A stretch of DNA of 45,831 bases from Thiobacillus sp. UBA2186 (GTDB taxonomy: Bacteria; Pseudomonadota; Gammaproteobacteria; Burkholderiales; Thiobacillaceae), in assembly GCA_002327405.1 (NCBI GenBank), contig DCVO01000141.1:1-45831 (forward strand), given 5' to 3'. Each line of letters begins with the position of its first letter. Position 1 is the first letter of the stretch. Positions 19,745 to 28,072 of this stretch are shown here, piece by piece. Below the pieces are notes generated by a model, which was not told the DNA's origin, did no database searches, and was given only the letters and a program-made list of their open reading frames with translations. Made by a program: the position numbers and the translations under genes.

Positions 19745-19875
19745 AGCCACCGAGAACACAGAGTTCACAGAGGAAAAACAGAGGCTTGCGCGGTAGTAGT
19801 GATTCACCCTTCGGGTGATGCGCCCGGCATATCCGAGAGCAGGTTCTCTCTGTGTTCTCTGTGTCCTCTGTGGCT
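19745..19875. repeat. Short inverted-repeat element F (CACAGAG variant arms)
   Basis: AGCCACCGAGAACACAGAGTTCACAGAG 19745-19772 and CTCTGTGTTCTCTGTGTCCTCTGTGGCT 19848-19875; inner hairpin TCACCCTTCGGGTGA. Confidence 0.8.
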
Positions 19876-19893
19876 TGAAGTAAGCTTTTAAAG

Positions 19894-21993
19894 ATGATCC
19901 CTTACACGCCCGAGCAGCTCACGCTCAGGCTGGAAACCGCCTTCGACGTCGAGTTCACCTTCCACAAGGTGGATCACCTCGTGGACATCCTCGCCCCGCT
20001 CGATCGCGACACCCAGGATTTCATCCTCGGCTGGGTGGAACGCATCGCCAGCACCAACATCCAGATCAGCTACGAATTCACCCGCCGCGTGGTGGAGGCG
20101 CTCGACCGCCTCGACCGCCGCGTGATTGAGGCCTGGGCCGTGCACGCCATGGACACCTACGACCGCACGGGCCTGCGCCCGGCGCTGGAAGTGCTGTACA
20201 AGGTCGACGACTTCCTCGCCCATGCGCACGCGCATGCCGCCGGCGCCTTCTTCGACGAAGTGAAGACTGTGCTGTCGAATTTCCTGTGCGGGCTTTCCGG
20301 GAGGAGGCTGGAACTGAAACCGGGCGAGCAGCTATTCACCGACAGCGAGCGCCTGTTTCTGCCCAATGTCACCGCCGACATGGAAAGCGAGGCCGACAAT
20401 TTCCTGCTGTGCAAGGCGCGCGTCGCCTTCATGTGGGCGCAGACGCGCTTCGGCAGCTGCCGCATGGACTTCGACACAGTACTTGCGGGTTTTGACGACC
20501 CTGCGCGCGCGCTGGCAGCATTCCAGACCCTGGACAACCTGCGCCTGGAAGCCTGCCTCGCGCGTGAACTGCCCGGCCTGTGGCGCGACATGCAGGCGCT
20601 GTCCGTGCGCCATGGCGATCCTGCCCTGCCCGAGGACTGGCAAGCACTCACACAGGCATTCAACATCGACCCCGCCGACCCCGAATCGGCGCTGGCGCTG
20701 CTGGACCAGGCTTATGCGCTGGAGCCGCCGCCACCCCGTGTCTACCACGCCGCCCTCAATCCGCAGGCAGTGGCCGAAGTCAGGGCGGCACGCATGGCGC
20801 GCGAGAAAATACTGCTGCGGGTCAAGCTCGCCAAACTGGTGGAGGAACATCGAGCGGAAAAGGCAGCGGAGCAAAAAGACCATCACCCCGCCCGCTTCGA
20901 AGCCAGACAGGAAGGCCAGGCCTGGGAACTCGCACTCGACGACCTGCCCATCGCGCCGCCCGAGGACGTGAAGCAGCTGCTGACCTCCATCTCGCTCGAC
21001 TGGGGCGAAATCCCGCCCGAAATGCTGACCGCGGCCGGCGACGGCGAATACGACCCGGCCTTGTACGAGGAAAAGGAAAAGAACCCAGACGAGGTGTGGC
21101 AGGGCACCTACCACGAGGAAGGCGCCCACCTCTATCCCGAGTGGGATTTCGCGCGCCAGCATTACCGCAAGAACTGGTGCGTGCTGCGCGAAATCGATCT
21201 GAAGCCAGGCGATCCGGGCTACGTCGATGAAGTCATCGACAGGCACCGGGGTCTGGTCAAGCATCTGCGCCGCACCTTCGAAGCCATGCGCGACGAGAGC
21301 AGGCTCTTGAAGCGCCAGGTGCAGGGCGACGACGTCGACATCGACGCCCTGGTCGAGGCGCTGGCCGATTCCATGGACGGGCGCGAAATGAGCGACCAGC
21401 TCTTCATGCACCTGCACCGCGCCGACCGCAACATGGCGGTGATGTTCATGGTCGACATGAGCGGCAGCACGCGCGGCTGGATCAACGACGCCGAACGCGA
21501 AGCACTCGTCATGCTGTGCGAATCGCTGGAGACCCTGGGCGATCGTTACGCCATCTACGGCTTCTCGGGCCAGACCCGCAAGCGCTGCGAAATCTACCGC
21601 ATCAAGACCTTCGACCAGCCCTACAACGCCGACACCAGGGCGCGCATCGCGGGCATCGAGCCGCGCGACTACACGCGCATGGGTGTCGCCATCCGCCATT
21701 TGTCGAAACTGCTGAACGAAATCGAGGCCAGGACCAAGCTCCTGATCGCGCTCTCCGACGGCAAGCCGGACGACTACTTCGACATCTACCGCGGCCGGTA
21801 CGGCATCGAGGACACCCGCCAGGCATTATTTGAAGCGCGCCGCAGCGGCATCCACCCCTTCTGCATCACCATCGACCGCGAGGGCAAGGAATACCTGCCG
21901 CACATGTACGGCCACGCCAACTGGGTGGAAATCGACGAAGTGCGCAAGCTGCCGCTGAAAGTGGCCGACATCTACCGGCGGCTGACCACCTGA
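19894..21993 (+). CDS. CbbO/NorD-like von Willebrand A domain protein
   Basis: YPEWDF, MIDAS DMSGS, YTRMGVAIRH, LSDGKPDD, YGIEDTRQA. Confidence 0.9.
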   Translation: MIPYTPEQLTLRLETAFDVEFTFHKVDHLVDILAPLDRDTQDFILGWVERIASTNIQISYEFTRRVVEALDRLDRRVIEAWAVHAMDTYDRTGLRPALEVLYKVDDFLAHAHAHAAGAFFDEVKTVLSNFLCGLSGRRLELKPGEQLFTDSERLFLPNVTADMESEADNFLLCKARVAFMWAQTRFGSCRMDFDTVLAGFDDPARALAAFQTLDNLRLEACLARELPGLWRDMQALSVRHGDPALPEDWQALTQAFNIDPADPESALALLDQAYALEPPPPRVYHAALNPQAVAEVRAARMAREKILLRVKLAKLVEEHRAEKAAEQKDHHPARFEARQEGQAWELALDDLPIAPPEDVKQLLTSISLDWGEIPPEMLTAAGDGEYDPALYEEKEKNPDEVWQGTYHEEGAHLYPEWDFARQHYRKNWCVLREIDLKPGDPGYVDEVIDRHRGLVKHLRRTFEAMRDESRLLKRQVQGDDVDIDALVEALADSMDGREMSDQLFMHLHRADRNMAVMFMVDMSGSTRGWINDAEREALVMLCESLETLGDRYAIYGFSGQTRKRCEIYRIKTFDQPYNADTRARIAGIEPRDYTRMGVAIRHLSKLLNEIEARTKLLIALSDGKPDDYFDIYRGRYGIEDTRQALFEARRSGIHPFCITIDREGKEYLPHMYGHANWVEIDEVRKLPLKVADIYRRLTT

Positions 21994-22001
21994 ACTTTCA
22001 T

Positions 22002-22191
22002 CCCCTCTCCATTCGCGGAGAAACACTCCCTCTCCCTTGAGGAGAGAGGGCCGGGGTGAGGGTGAAACACTGCGCCAGGGATTCTTTCTTGCCCGACCCT
22101 CGACGGTTGACGACCTGATATCCCCTCCCCCCTCGCGGGAGGTTGTCCTTATGCCCCTCTCCCCTTGCGGGAGAGGGGTGGGGGTGAGGGG
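22002..22191. repeat. Cluster of CCCTCTCCC-n-GGGAGAGGG-n-GGGTGAGGG REP-like hairpins
   Basis: Full copies at 22028-22064 and about 22154-22191; partial copies near 22002 and 22121. Confidence 0.7.
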
Positions 22192-22404
22192 GACAACAAA
22201 GCGCCGGGGAATTTGCCTTACCCCTGCCCAAGCCCGCCCCTGGCTGGAAACCGCTTCCACCAGTCAATGACTGGGCTTGCCGCGAGCGCTCGCAAGAATA
22301 TCGCCCGCAGCGGATGATCGTTCATGAAGCAATGTGGCAACGTTTGCGTGTGGAATTGTTGCAACCAGACTAGAATAAAGCTGTTCGCAGGAAAGGAGAT
22401 CGCC

Positions 22405-22644
22405 ATGGAATGGAAAGGCCGTATCATCGTTGACCCCAAAATTCTGGTCGGCAAGCCGATTATCAAAGGCACGCGTATTTCCGTCGAATTGATTCTCGAC
22501 CGGTTTTCGGACGGCTGGTCGATGGAGGACATTCTCGCGTCCTACCCTCATATCACCCGCGAGGATGTTTTGGCCGCACTGGCTTTTGCCACGGAGCTAT
22601 TCAAGGAAGAAACTTTTGTTGCCGTGGGTAAGGCTACTGCATGA
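22405..22644 (+). CDS. DUF433 antitoxin-like protein
   Basis: RIIVDPKILVGKPIIKGTRISVELILD...ILASYPHITREDVLAALAFA; AGGAG RBS. Confidence 0.9.
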   Translation: MEWKGRIIVDPKILVGKPIIKGTRISVELILDRFSDGWSMEDILASYPHITREDVLAALAFATELFKEETFVAVGKATA

Positions 22645-23026
22645 AGGTGCGGTTCTTGGTAAACGAGAACTTCCCGCGCCTTCTATATCGCTCCTTCGTG
22701 AGGCGGGTTATGACGTGGTTTCCGTTGCCGAGTCTTTTCCCGGTGTTGATGATATTGATGTCCTCGCACGGTCGGCGGGTGAACAGCGCTGGCTTGCCAC
22801 ATTTGACAGGGACTATGGCGAGTTGCTATTCGCGCGCGGCCTTCCACCGCCTCCTGCGCTAATCCTCTTGCGCACACCATCTTATCGGCCAGCCGACCCG
22901 GCGGCATGGCTAATGCAGTTAGCGCAGGAACCACAGGCGCGACTGGGGATGTTCACCGTGTTCGATGGTGGGTCGATCCGCAGCCGGCCATTCCTGCACC
23001 CTATAGGCGGCGCCACCTCATCATAG
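22641..23026 (+). pseudogene. DUF5615 PIN-like toxin, frameshifted near 22671-22678
   Basis: MKVRFLVNENFP in one frame continues as APSISLLREAGYDV...ATFDRDYGEL in another; one base missing in TTCCCGCG. Confidence 0.8.
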
Positions 23027-23083
23027 GAGGTGGCGCAAAGCGCCGGGACTCAACCCCCATGATAAAGGGGGCTGTCCGAAGAG

Positions 23084-23107
23084 GTAGGGCGGCATACCCA
23101 TGCCGCC
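23084..23107 (+). repeat. Single GTAG-type REP-like hairpin
   Basis: GTAG + GGCGGCAT-accc-ATGCCGCC. Confidence 0.5.
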
Positions 23108-23226
23108 GTATGCGCCGTCATATTTTTGACACTTGCCGCTCAGTCTGCATTGCGGGAAACTATCCCCACAAAACACAAGCAGTACCCGGAAACGCGGAGA
23201 AAGAAACCACAAGCGAACCGGAACCC

Positions 23227-24192
23227 TTGAGCAAACTCGACGATCTCTATCGACTGCACAACCTGCTGGATGGCCGGCGCACGCCCATCGCGCGGCAGGC
23301 GCTGATGGACGAGCTCGAACTGACGCGCTCAAAACTGACACGGCTGATTGCCGATTTGCGCGACAAGCTCGGCGCGCCGCTGATTTTTGACAGGGAACTC
23401 GGCGGCTACCGCTATGACAGCGCCGACGGCCGCCACCACCTGCCCGGGCTGTGGTTCTCCAGCCAGGAACTCGCCGCGCTCGTCACCCTCAACCAGCTTC
23501 TGCAAACCCTCCAGCCCGGCCTGCTCGACGAACACCTGAGCCCGCTGCGCGCCCGCGTCGAACAAATCCTGGCCACGGAGCACCTGGGCGGGGGCGAAGC
23601 AAAGAATCGCATCCGCATACTGGCCATGGCTTCGCGCAGCCGGGACATGAAGCATTTCCAGACCGTGGCCGGCGCGGTGCTGCAACGCAAGCGCCTGCAC
23701 ATCCACTACTACAACCGCGAACGCGACGAACTCACGCAGCGCGAGGTTTCCCCGCAGCGCCTGGCCCACTACCGCGACAACTGGTACCTCGATGCCTGGT
23801 GCCACAAGCAGAAAAGCCTGCGCATCTTCGCCGTCGAATGCATCCGCCGCGCCGAGATGCTCAACAAAACAGCCAGAAATATTCCCGCCCCCGTTCTCGA
23901 CAAGGAACTGGCCAGCGCCTACGGCATCTTCGCGGGCAAACCCGCCGCCACCGCCGTCCTGCGCTTCACCCAAAAACGCGCCCGCTGGGTCGCCGACGAA
24001 ACCTGGCACCCGCAACAGCAAAGCCGCTGGCTGGACGACGGCCGCTACGAACTGGCCGTCCCCTACTCCGACCCGCGCGAACTCGTCATGGACATCCTCA
24101 AATACGGACCGGATGTGGAAGTCGCAGCACCGGAGGAATTGAGGGCGGCTGTCAAAAAACTGATCGGAGAGGCTGGAAGGCAGTATGGATAA
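23227..24192 (+). CDS. HTH-WYL-WCX transcriptional regulator (YafY/PafB-like)
   Basis: Probable TTG start (MSKLDDLYRL); wHTH region; REVSPQRLAHYRDNWYLDAWC; ILKYGPDVEV. Confidence 0.9.
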   Translation: MSKLDDLYRLHNLLDGRRTPIARQALMDELELTRSKLTRLIADLRDKLGAPLIFDRELGGYRYDSADGRHHLPGLWFSSQELAALVTLNQLLQTLQPGLLDEHLSPLRARVEQILATEHLGGGEAKNRIRILAMASRSRDMKHFQTVAGAVLQRKRLHIHYYNRERDELTQREVSPQRLAHYRDNWYLDAWCHKQKSLRIFAVECIRRAEMLNKTARNIPAPVLDKELASAYGIFAGKPAATAVLRFTQKRARWVADETWHPQQQSRWLDDGRYELAVPYSDPRELVMDILKYGPDVEVAAPEELRAAVKKLIGEAGRQYG

Positions 24193-24284
24193 GGGTTTGG
24201 GGCGGGCCCGGGAATTGAGCCCAATGAAAGCTATCATTATTCAAACCAATCAAACGTTCTTAGTATTGGAGCAAGTCCACCGAA

Positions 24285-24935
24285 ATGAAAACCTACGAAA
24301 TCAGTCTTGAGATCGCCGGTCCCACGGCGATCTGGACGCGCCCGGATACAGGAGATTCACCTGGCACATATCCCATTCCCCCCCGCTCGGCGGCCAAGGG
24401 CATTTTCGAAGCCATTCTGTGGAACCCTGCGGTCGATATCGTCCCGAGTCGGGTCGAAATCTGCGCGCCGCTGGTCTATCACCACTACGCGACCAACTAC
24501 GGCGGTCCGCTGCGCAAGAGCGATCAGAAAAGTGGTGGCAACAATTACCAGTTGTTCGCGACGGTGCTGGTCAACGTGCGCTATCGCCTCTTCGCAGAAC
24601 TGAGGCTGGCGTCGCACACTAATTTCCCGCCCCGAATCCGGCAATGGCTGGACCGCACGCGCTCCCCCTGCCACGCGTTCAAAGACATCTTCGAGCGCCG
24701 CCTGAAACGCGGCCAATGTCATTACGTGCCGAGCCTGGGCTGGCGCGAATTCGTTCCCAGCTTTGTCGGCGAGACGCAGAACACACCTATTCAGTCGGAC
24801 ATCAACCTGAGCCTGCCGTCGATGCCGGATCAGGTGTTCAGCAGACCCGCCTACGGCGAACACGCGCTGACTTACGCGCAGGGGCTGCGGATCAAATCAG
24901 GTGTGCTGTACTACGGAGATTGCCATGCTGAATGA
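24285..24935 (+). CDS. cas5: Cas5 (type I-C-like, divergent)
   Basis: EIAGPTAIWTRP...TYPIPPRSAAKGIFEAILW; VLVNVRYRL; PSLGWREF. Confidence 0.88.
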   Translation: MKTYEISLEIAGPTAIWTRPDTGDSPGTYPIPPRSAAKGIFEAILWNPAVDIVPSRVEICAPLVYHHYATNYGGPLRKSDQKSGGNNYQLFATVLVNVRYRLFAELRLASHTNFPPRIRQWLDRTRSPCHAFKDIFERRLKRGQCHYVPSLGWREFVPSFVGETQNTPIQSDINLSLPSMPDQVFSRPAYGEHALTYAQGLRIKSGVLYYGDCHAE

Positions 24936-27120
24936 ACTGTTGCAGGCAGCGAATGCGATCCCGGCGCTACCGGACACGCTGCACAATTCGCTCAAAACCC
25001 TCCCCAAATCCCCGAGCTTCAAGGTCTTGCTAGATGCTTCTGGGTCAATCGTCGAAGTCATGCCCTGGGACAACCTGGCCGGCATGCGCAAATGGCAGCC
25101 CGGCGGAAACGGTTTCAGCACGCCGGTTTTTAATGCGCTGCCGCTGTTCCCGGTTTTTGATCACGGGTTGAGTAAGGACGAAGCCAAAGCGGCGGCCAAA
25201 CGTGCCAAAGATGAACTCGAAACCGCCAGGGCGGACACGGCGACGTGGTCGGCTTACTTCGACACGGTTCGTCAGCGCTGCGGCCAAGTGGTGGGAAGCT
25301 GGATCGACAGCAAAACGGGCAAGCCCGACGAAAAATCCCGCAAATCGCTCGCCGATGTGCCCACGCAATTGCAAGCCTTGTTACCCGAAGGCGACCCTGA
25401 CTACGCGGTTTTGCGTGCGCTGTTCGAGCGCTTGCACCTTCTGTCGCCCGAGCGTTTCTTCCTGGAACTCGCCCGTCAACTCGAAACGCAGCTGGCTGCA
25501 ACCTACGACGAAAAGTTGTTCAAGCTCTACTGCGCGATCAACGAGGCCGACGCGCGCGAAAAATACAACCTACTGCTCGACTTGCCGGACTGGGACGAGA
25601 TCGGCGACTACCCAGTGACTTCGACGCGTACAGCTGAGCTTTTGAACGCGATGCTTATGCGCGCTGGATCGGCGGCAGTGAGTAGCACAGCCCCCTCGGA
25701 GCAGGATGCGTACGGACGCGCCGCGCTGGATGCCAGCGAGAAATTCGAGGAGGTGAAAGTTCCTGGTTTTAAATACCCTATCAAGCTGCGCACGATGACT
25801 GCTGATGCGCTATGTCAAAAACGCTATGGGCGCGTCGAAGCAGAGTCTTTCATCGTTGGCAAGGAATCACGCGAACGCGCAAAAAGCGCACTGGAATACC
25901 TGACTGACCCCACACGCAAAGGAAAGACCTGGCAATTCCGGGGCGGGAGCCTGTTCCTGTTTTACCCGGAAACGGAATTGCCGGCCTTGTCCGATGCCCC
26001 TATCGCCGACCTGTGCAGCCTGCCGGACGAAGAAGACGATGACTTCGCCGAAGCGGCGCAGGCGGCAGCGAGCTTCGAAGCACGTGCGGCGCGCATCGCC
26101 GCCGCGCTCGACGGCGCACCACGCGAGACGGAAACACTCGTCCATCTGGTCGTGTTGCGCAAACCCGACGAAGGGCGGACCAAACTCGTCGCGCACCACA
26201 CCTTCACCATGCCCCATTTCGTCGGCGCGGCGAAAGACTGGGTCAAGGGCGTCAAGGTCTGCCCGCCCATCGCGTTCGCGCGTTGGGGTAAAACCGAGGG
26301 TGAGCGCCACGATATCGTTCCCGAGCCGCCTTTTCCGTATCAGGTTTCAAAGTGGCTTAACACACCATGGAAAAGCAACGGCGAACCTTTTGATACCAAG
26401 AAAAAACCAAACACTTTTTCCCCGGAAGACGTGCTAACGGTGCTGCTGGCGAACGACGGCACGCAAGTCCAAATGGCGCGCCGAGCACTGCGCCACGCGC
26501 TCGCAGGCTGGTCAGGCTTCCTGATTGCCGCTGGTACACGCACGCATAAAGCCAATGGATTCAGCCAGCAACATGCCGCGGGGAATCGGAAACACGATGA
26601 TTTCGTGCTCAAAGCCACAGACAAGCGCGCCGGCGCACTCGCAGCCTTGCCGGCGATTTTGGCTTTGCTGCTTTTCAAATCCGATCCTGACATTTCACGG
26701 GAGCACATTATGTCCTCACCCGCTTTTCTCGTTGGCCGGCTACTGGCACTGGCAGACAGCCTGCATTTCCAATACTGCCAAGGTGTGCGCAACGGCCAAG
26801 TGCCAAGGCAATTGCTCGGCAACGCGCTGATGGCGACTGCGCTGGAAACACCGGAGGCGGCGCTGGCTTTGTACGCACAGCGCGTCCTGCCTTATCAGGC
26901 GTGGGCGAAAACCAGCAAAGCCAAAGAAAAAGGGCCGGAAACACTCGCCAAGTATCTGCTCGGGCAGCTCGCCGAAATCTGTTCGGAAGTCAGCCTGCTC
27001 GACATTCCGAAACGCGCCAGCGATGCCGACAAGGCGCAACTCATCCTCGGCTATCTCGCCAAGGCTCCCGGCAATACCGAATCCAAACCGACCGAACCCA
27101 CTCAGGAGGATCAAGCATGA
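24925..27120 (+). CDS. cas8c: Divergent Cas8c-like large subunit
   Basis: Between cas5 and cas7; 731 aa from ATG 24925; C-terminal AFLVGRLLA...LILGYL resembles the Cas8c/Cas11 helical bundle; N-terminus poorly recognisable. Confidence 0.7.
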   Translation: MLNELLQAANAIPALPDTLHNSLKTLPKSPSFKVLLDASGSIVEVMPWDNLAGMRKWQPGGNGFSTPVFNALPLFPVFDHGLSKDEAKAAAKRAKDELETARADTATWSAYFDTVRQRCGQVVGSWIDSKTGKPDEKSRKSLADVPTQLQALLPEGDPDYAVLRALFERLHLLSPERFFLELARQLETQLAATYDEKLFKLYCAINEADAREKYNLLLDLPDWDEIGDYPVTSTRTAELLNAMLMRAGSAAVSSTAPSEQDAYGRAALDASEKFEEVKVPGFKYPIKLRTMTADALCQKRYGRVEAESFIVGKESRERAKSALEYLTDPTRKGKTWQFRGGSLFLFYPETELPALSDAPIADLCSLPDEEDDDFAEAAQAAASFEARAARIAAALDGAPRETETLVHLVVLRKPDEGRTKLVAHHTFTMPHFVGAAKDWVKGVKVCPPIAFARWGKTEGERHDIVPEPPFPYQVSKWLNTPWKSNGEPFDTKKKPNTFSPEDVLTVLLANDGTQVQMARRALRHALAGWSGFLIAAGTRTHKANGFSQQHAAGNRKHDDFVLKATDKRAGALAALPAILALLLFKSDPDISREHIMSSPAFLVGRLLALADSLHFQYCQGVRNGQVPRQLLGNALMATALETPEAALALYAQRVLPYQAWAKTSKAKEKGPETLAKYLLGQLAEICSEVSLLDIPKRASDADKAQLILGYLAKAPGNTESKPTEPTQEDQA
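26710..27120 (+). CDS. cas11: Putative internally translated Cas11 small subunit (136 aa)
   Basis: In-frame ATG preceded by GGGAG, immediately before SSPAFLVGRLLA. Confidence 0.6.
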   Translation: MSSPAFLVGRLLALADSLHFQYCQGVRNGQVPRQLLGNALMATALETPEAALALYAQRVLPYQAWAKTSKAKEKGPETLAKYLLGQLAEICSEVSLLDIPKRASDADKAQLILGYLAKAPGNTESKPTEPTQEDQA

Positions 27121-28067
27121 ACCCCAAGCTCACCTACACCAATGACGTCGGCGGCTTCAAACGCGGCACCGGCCTGCTCGTCATCGAAGTGCGCAATTCC
27201 AACCCCAACGGCGACCCCGACCGCGACAGCGATCCGCGTCAGCGGCCCGACCAGCGGGGTGAAATCTCGCCGGTTTCGTTCAAGCGCAAACTACGGGATC
27301 TGGTCGAATGGAAAGGCGAGGTCTGGGATGCGCTCGCGGACGAGTTGAAGCTCGACGCCGCTCGCTTTGGCATCCTCGAATCGCGTGGCAGGGATCGCAT
27401 GGACATCGCCAAGAAGCTCACTGGCGACGGTCAGGCGTTCAAGAATGCCTACTGGGATGGTCGCGTGTTCGGCAACACCTTCCTCGAAAGCATGAAGGAC
27501 GACGAGGCCAAGAAACACGGCTTCAAGGAAAACGAAATCAAGGAATTCAAGGCCAACGCCATCCGTACCGGCTGCGTGCATTTCGGCCTCGGCCTCTCGA
27601 TCGCCCCCATTGACATCGAACGCCACACCAACACCAACAAATCCGGCGTGCAGGACGACAAGGATCGCGGCATGGCGCCGATGGGCTACCGCTTCGTTCC
27701 GCACGGCCTCTACCTCATGCCCTTCTTCGTCAACCCCAGCGCCGCCGCGCGCACCGGCTGCACCGGTGAGGACATCGCGCTGCTGCTCGAACTGATCCGC
27801 TACGCCTATCCGCATACCCGCTCGCACGCGCGGCCGGCGGTCGATCTCGCCTGCGCTTGGTACGTTGAGCATTCCGACAAGCTCGGCTCGTGCTCGGACT
27901 TCGCCATTCTGGACGCGCTCTCGCCAACCAAACTCACCGACCCGGATACGCCGTCGAAGAGCCTTGCCGATTACGAGCCTCTGCCTAACTCGCTGCCCGA
28001 AGATCTGGCCGCCAAGAAAGACCGGCACGGCAATCCGGCGCTGACGTTGATCGACCTTTTGGCGTAA
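27117..28067 (+). CDS. cas7: Cas7 (Csd2-like)
   Basis: NSNPNGDPD..PR, ISPVSFKRKLRD, YWDGRVFG; AGGAGG RBS. Confidence 0.9.
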   Translation: MNPKLTYTNDVGGFKRGTGLLVIEVRNSNPNGDPDRDSDPRQRPDQRGEISPVSFKRKLRDLVEWKGEVWDALADELKLDAARFGILESRGRDRMDIAKKLTGDGQAFKNAYWDGRVFGNTFLESMKDDEAKKHGFKENEIKEFKANAIRTGCVHFGLGLSIAPIDIERHTNTNKSGVQDDKDRGMAPMGYRFVPHGLYLMPFFVNPSAAARTGCTGEDIALLLELIRYAYPHTRSHARPAVDLACAWYVEHSDKLGSCSDFAILDALSPTKLTDPDTPSKSLADYEPLPNSLPEDLAAKKDRHGNPALTLIDLLA

Positions 28068-28072
28068 ACACC

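Noticed and set aside
22906-23226. Long N-terminal extension of the WYL ORF
   Set aside because: Overlaps the PIN gene and intergenic hairpins; family-like sequence starts at TTG 23227
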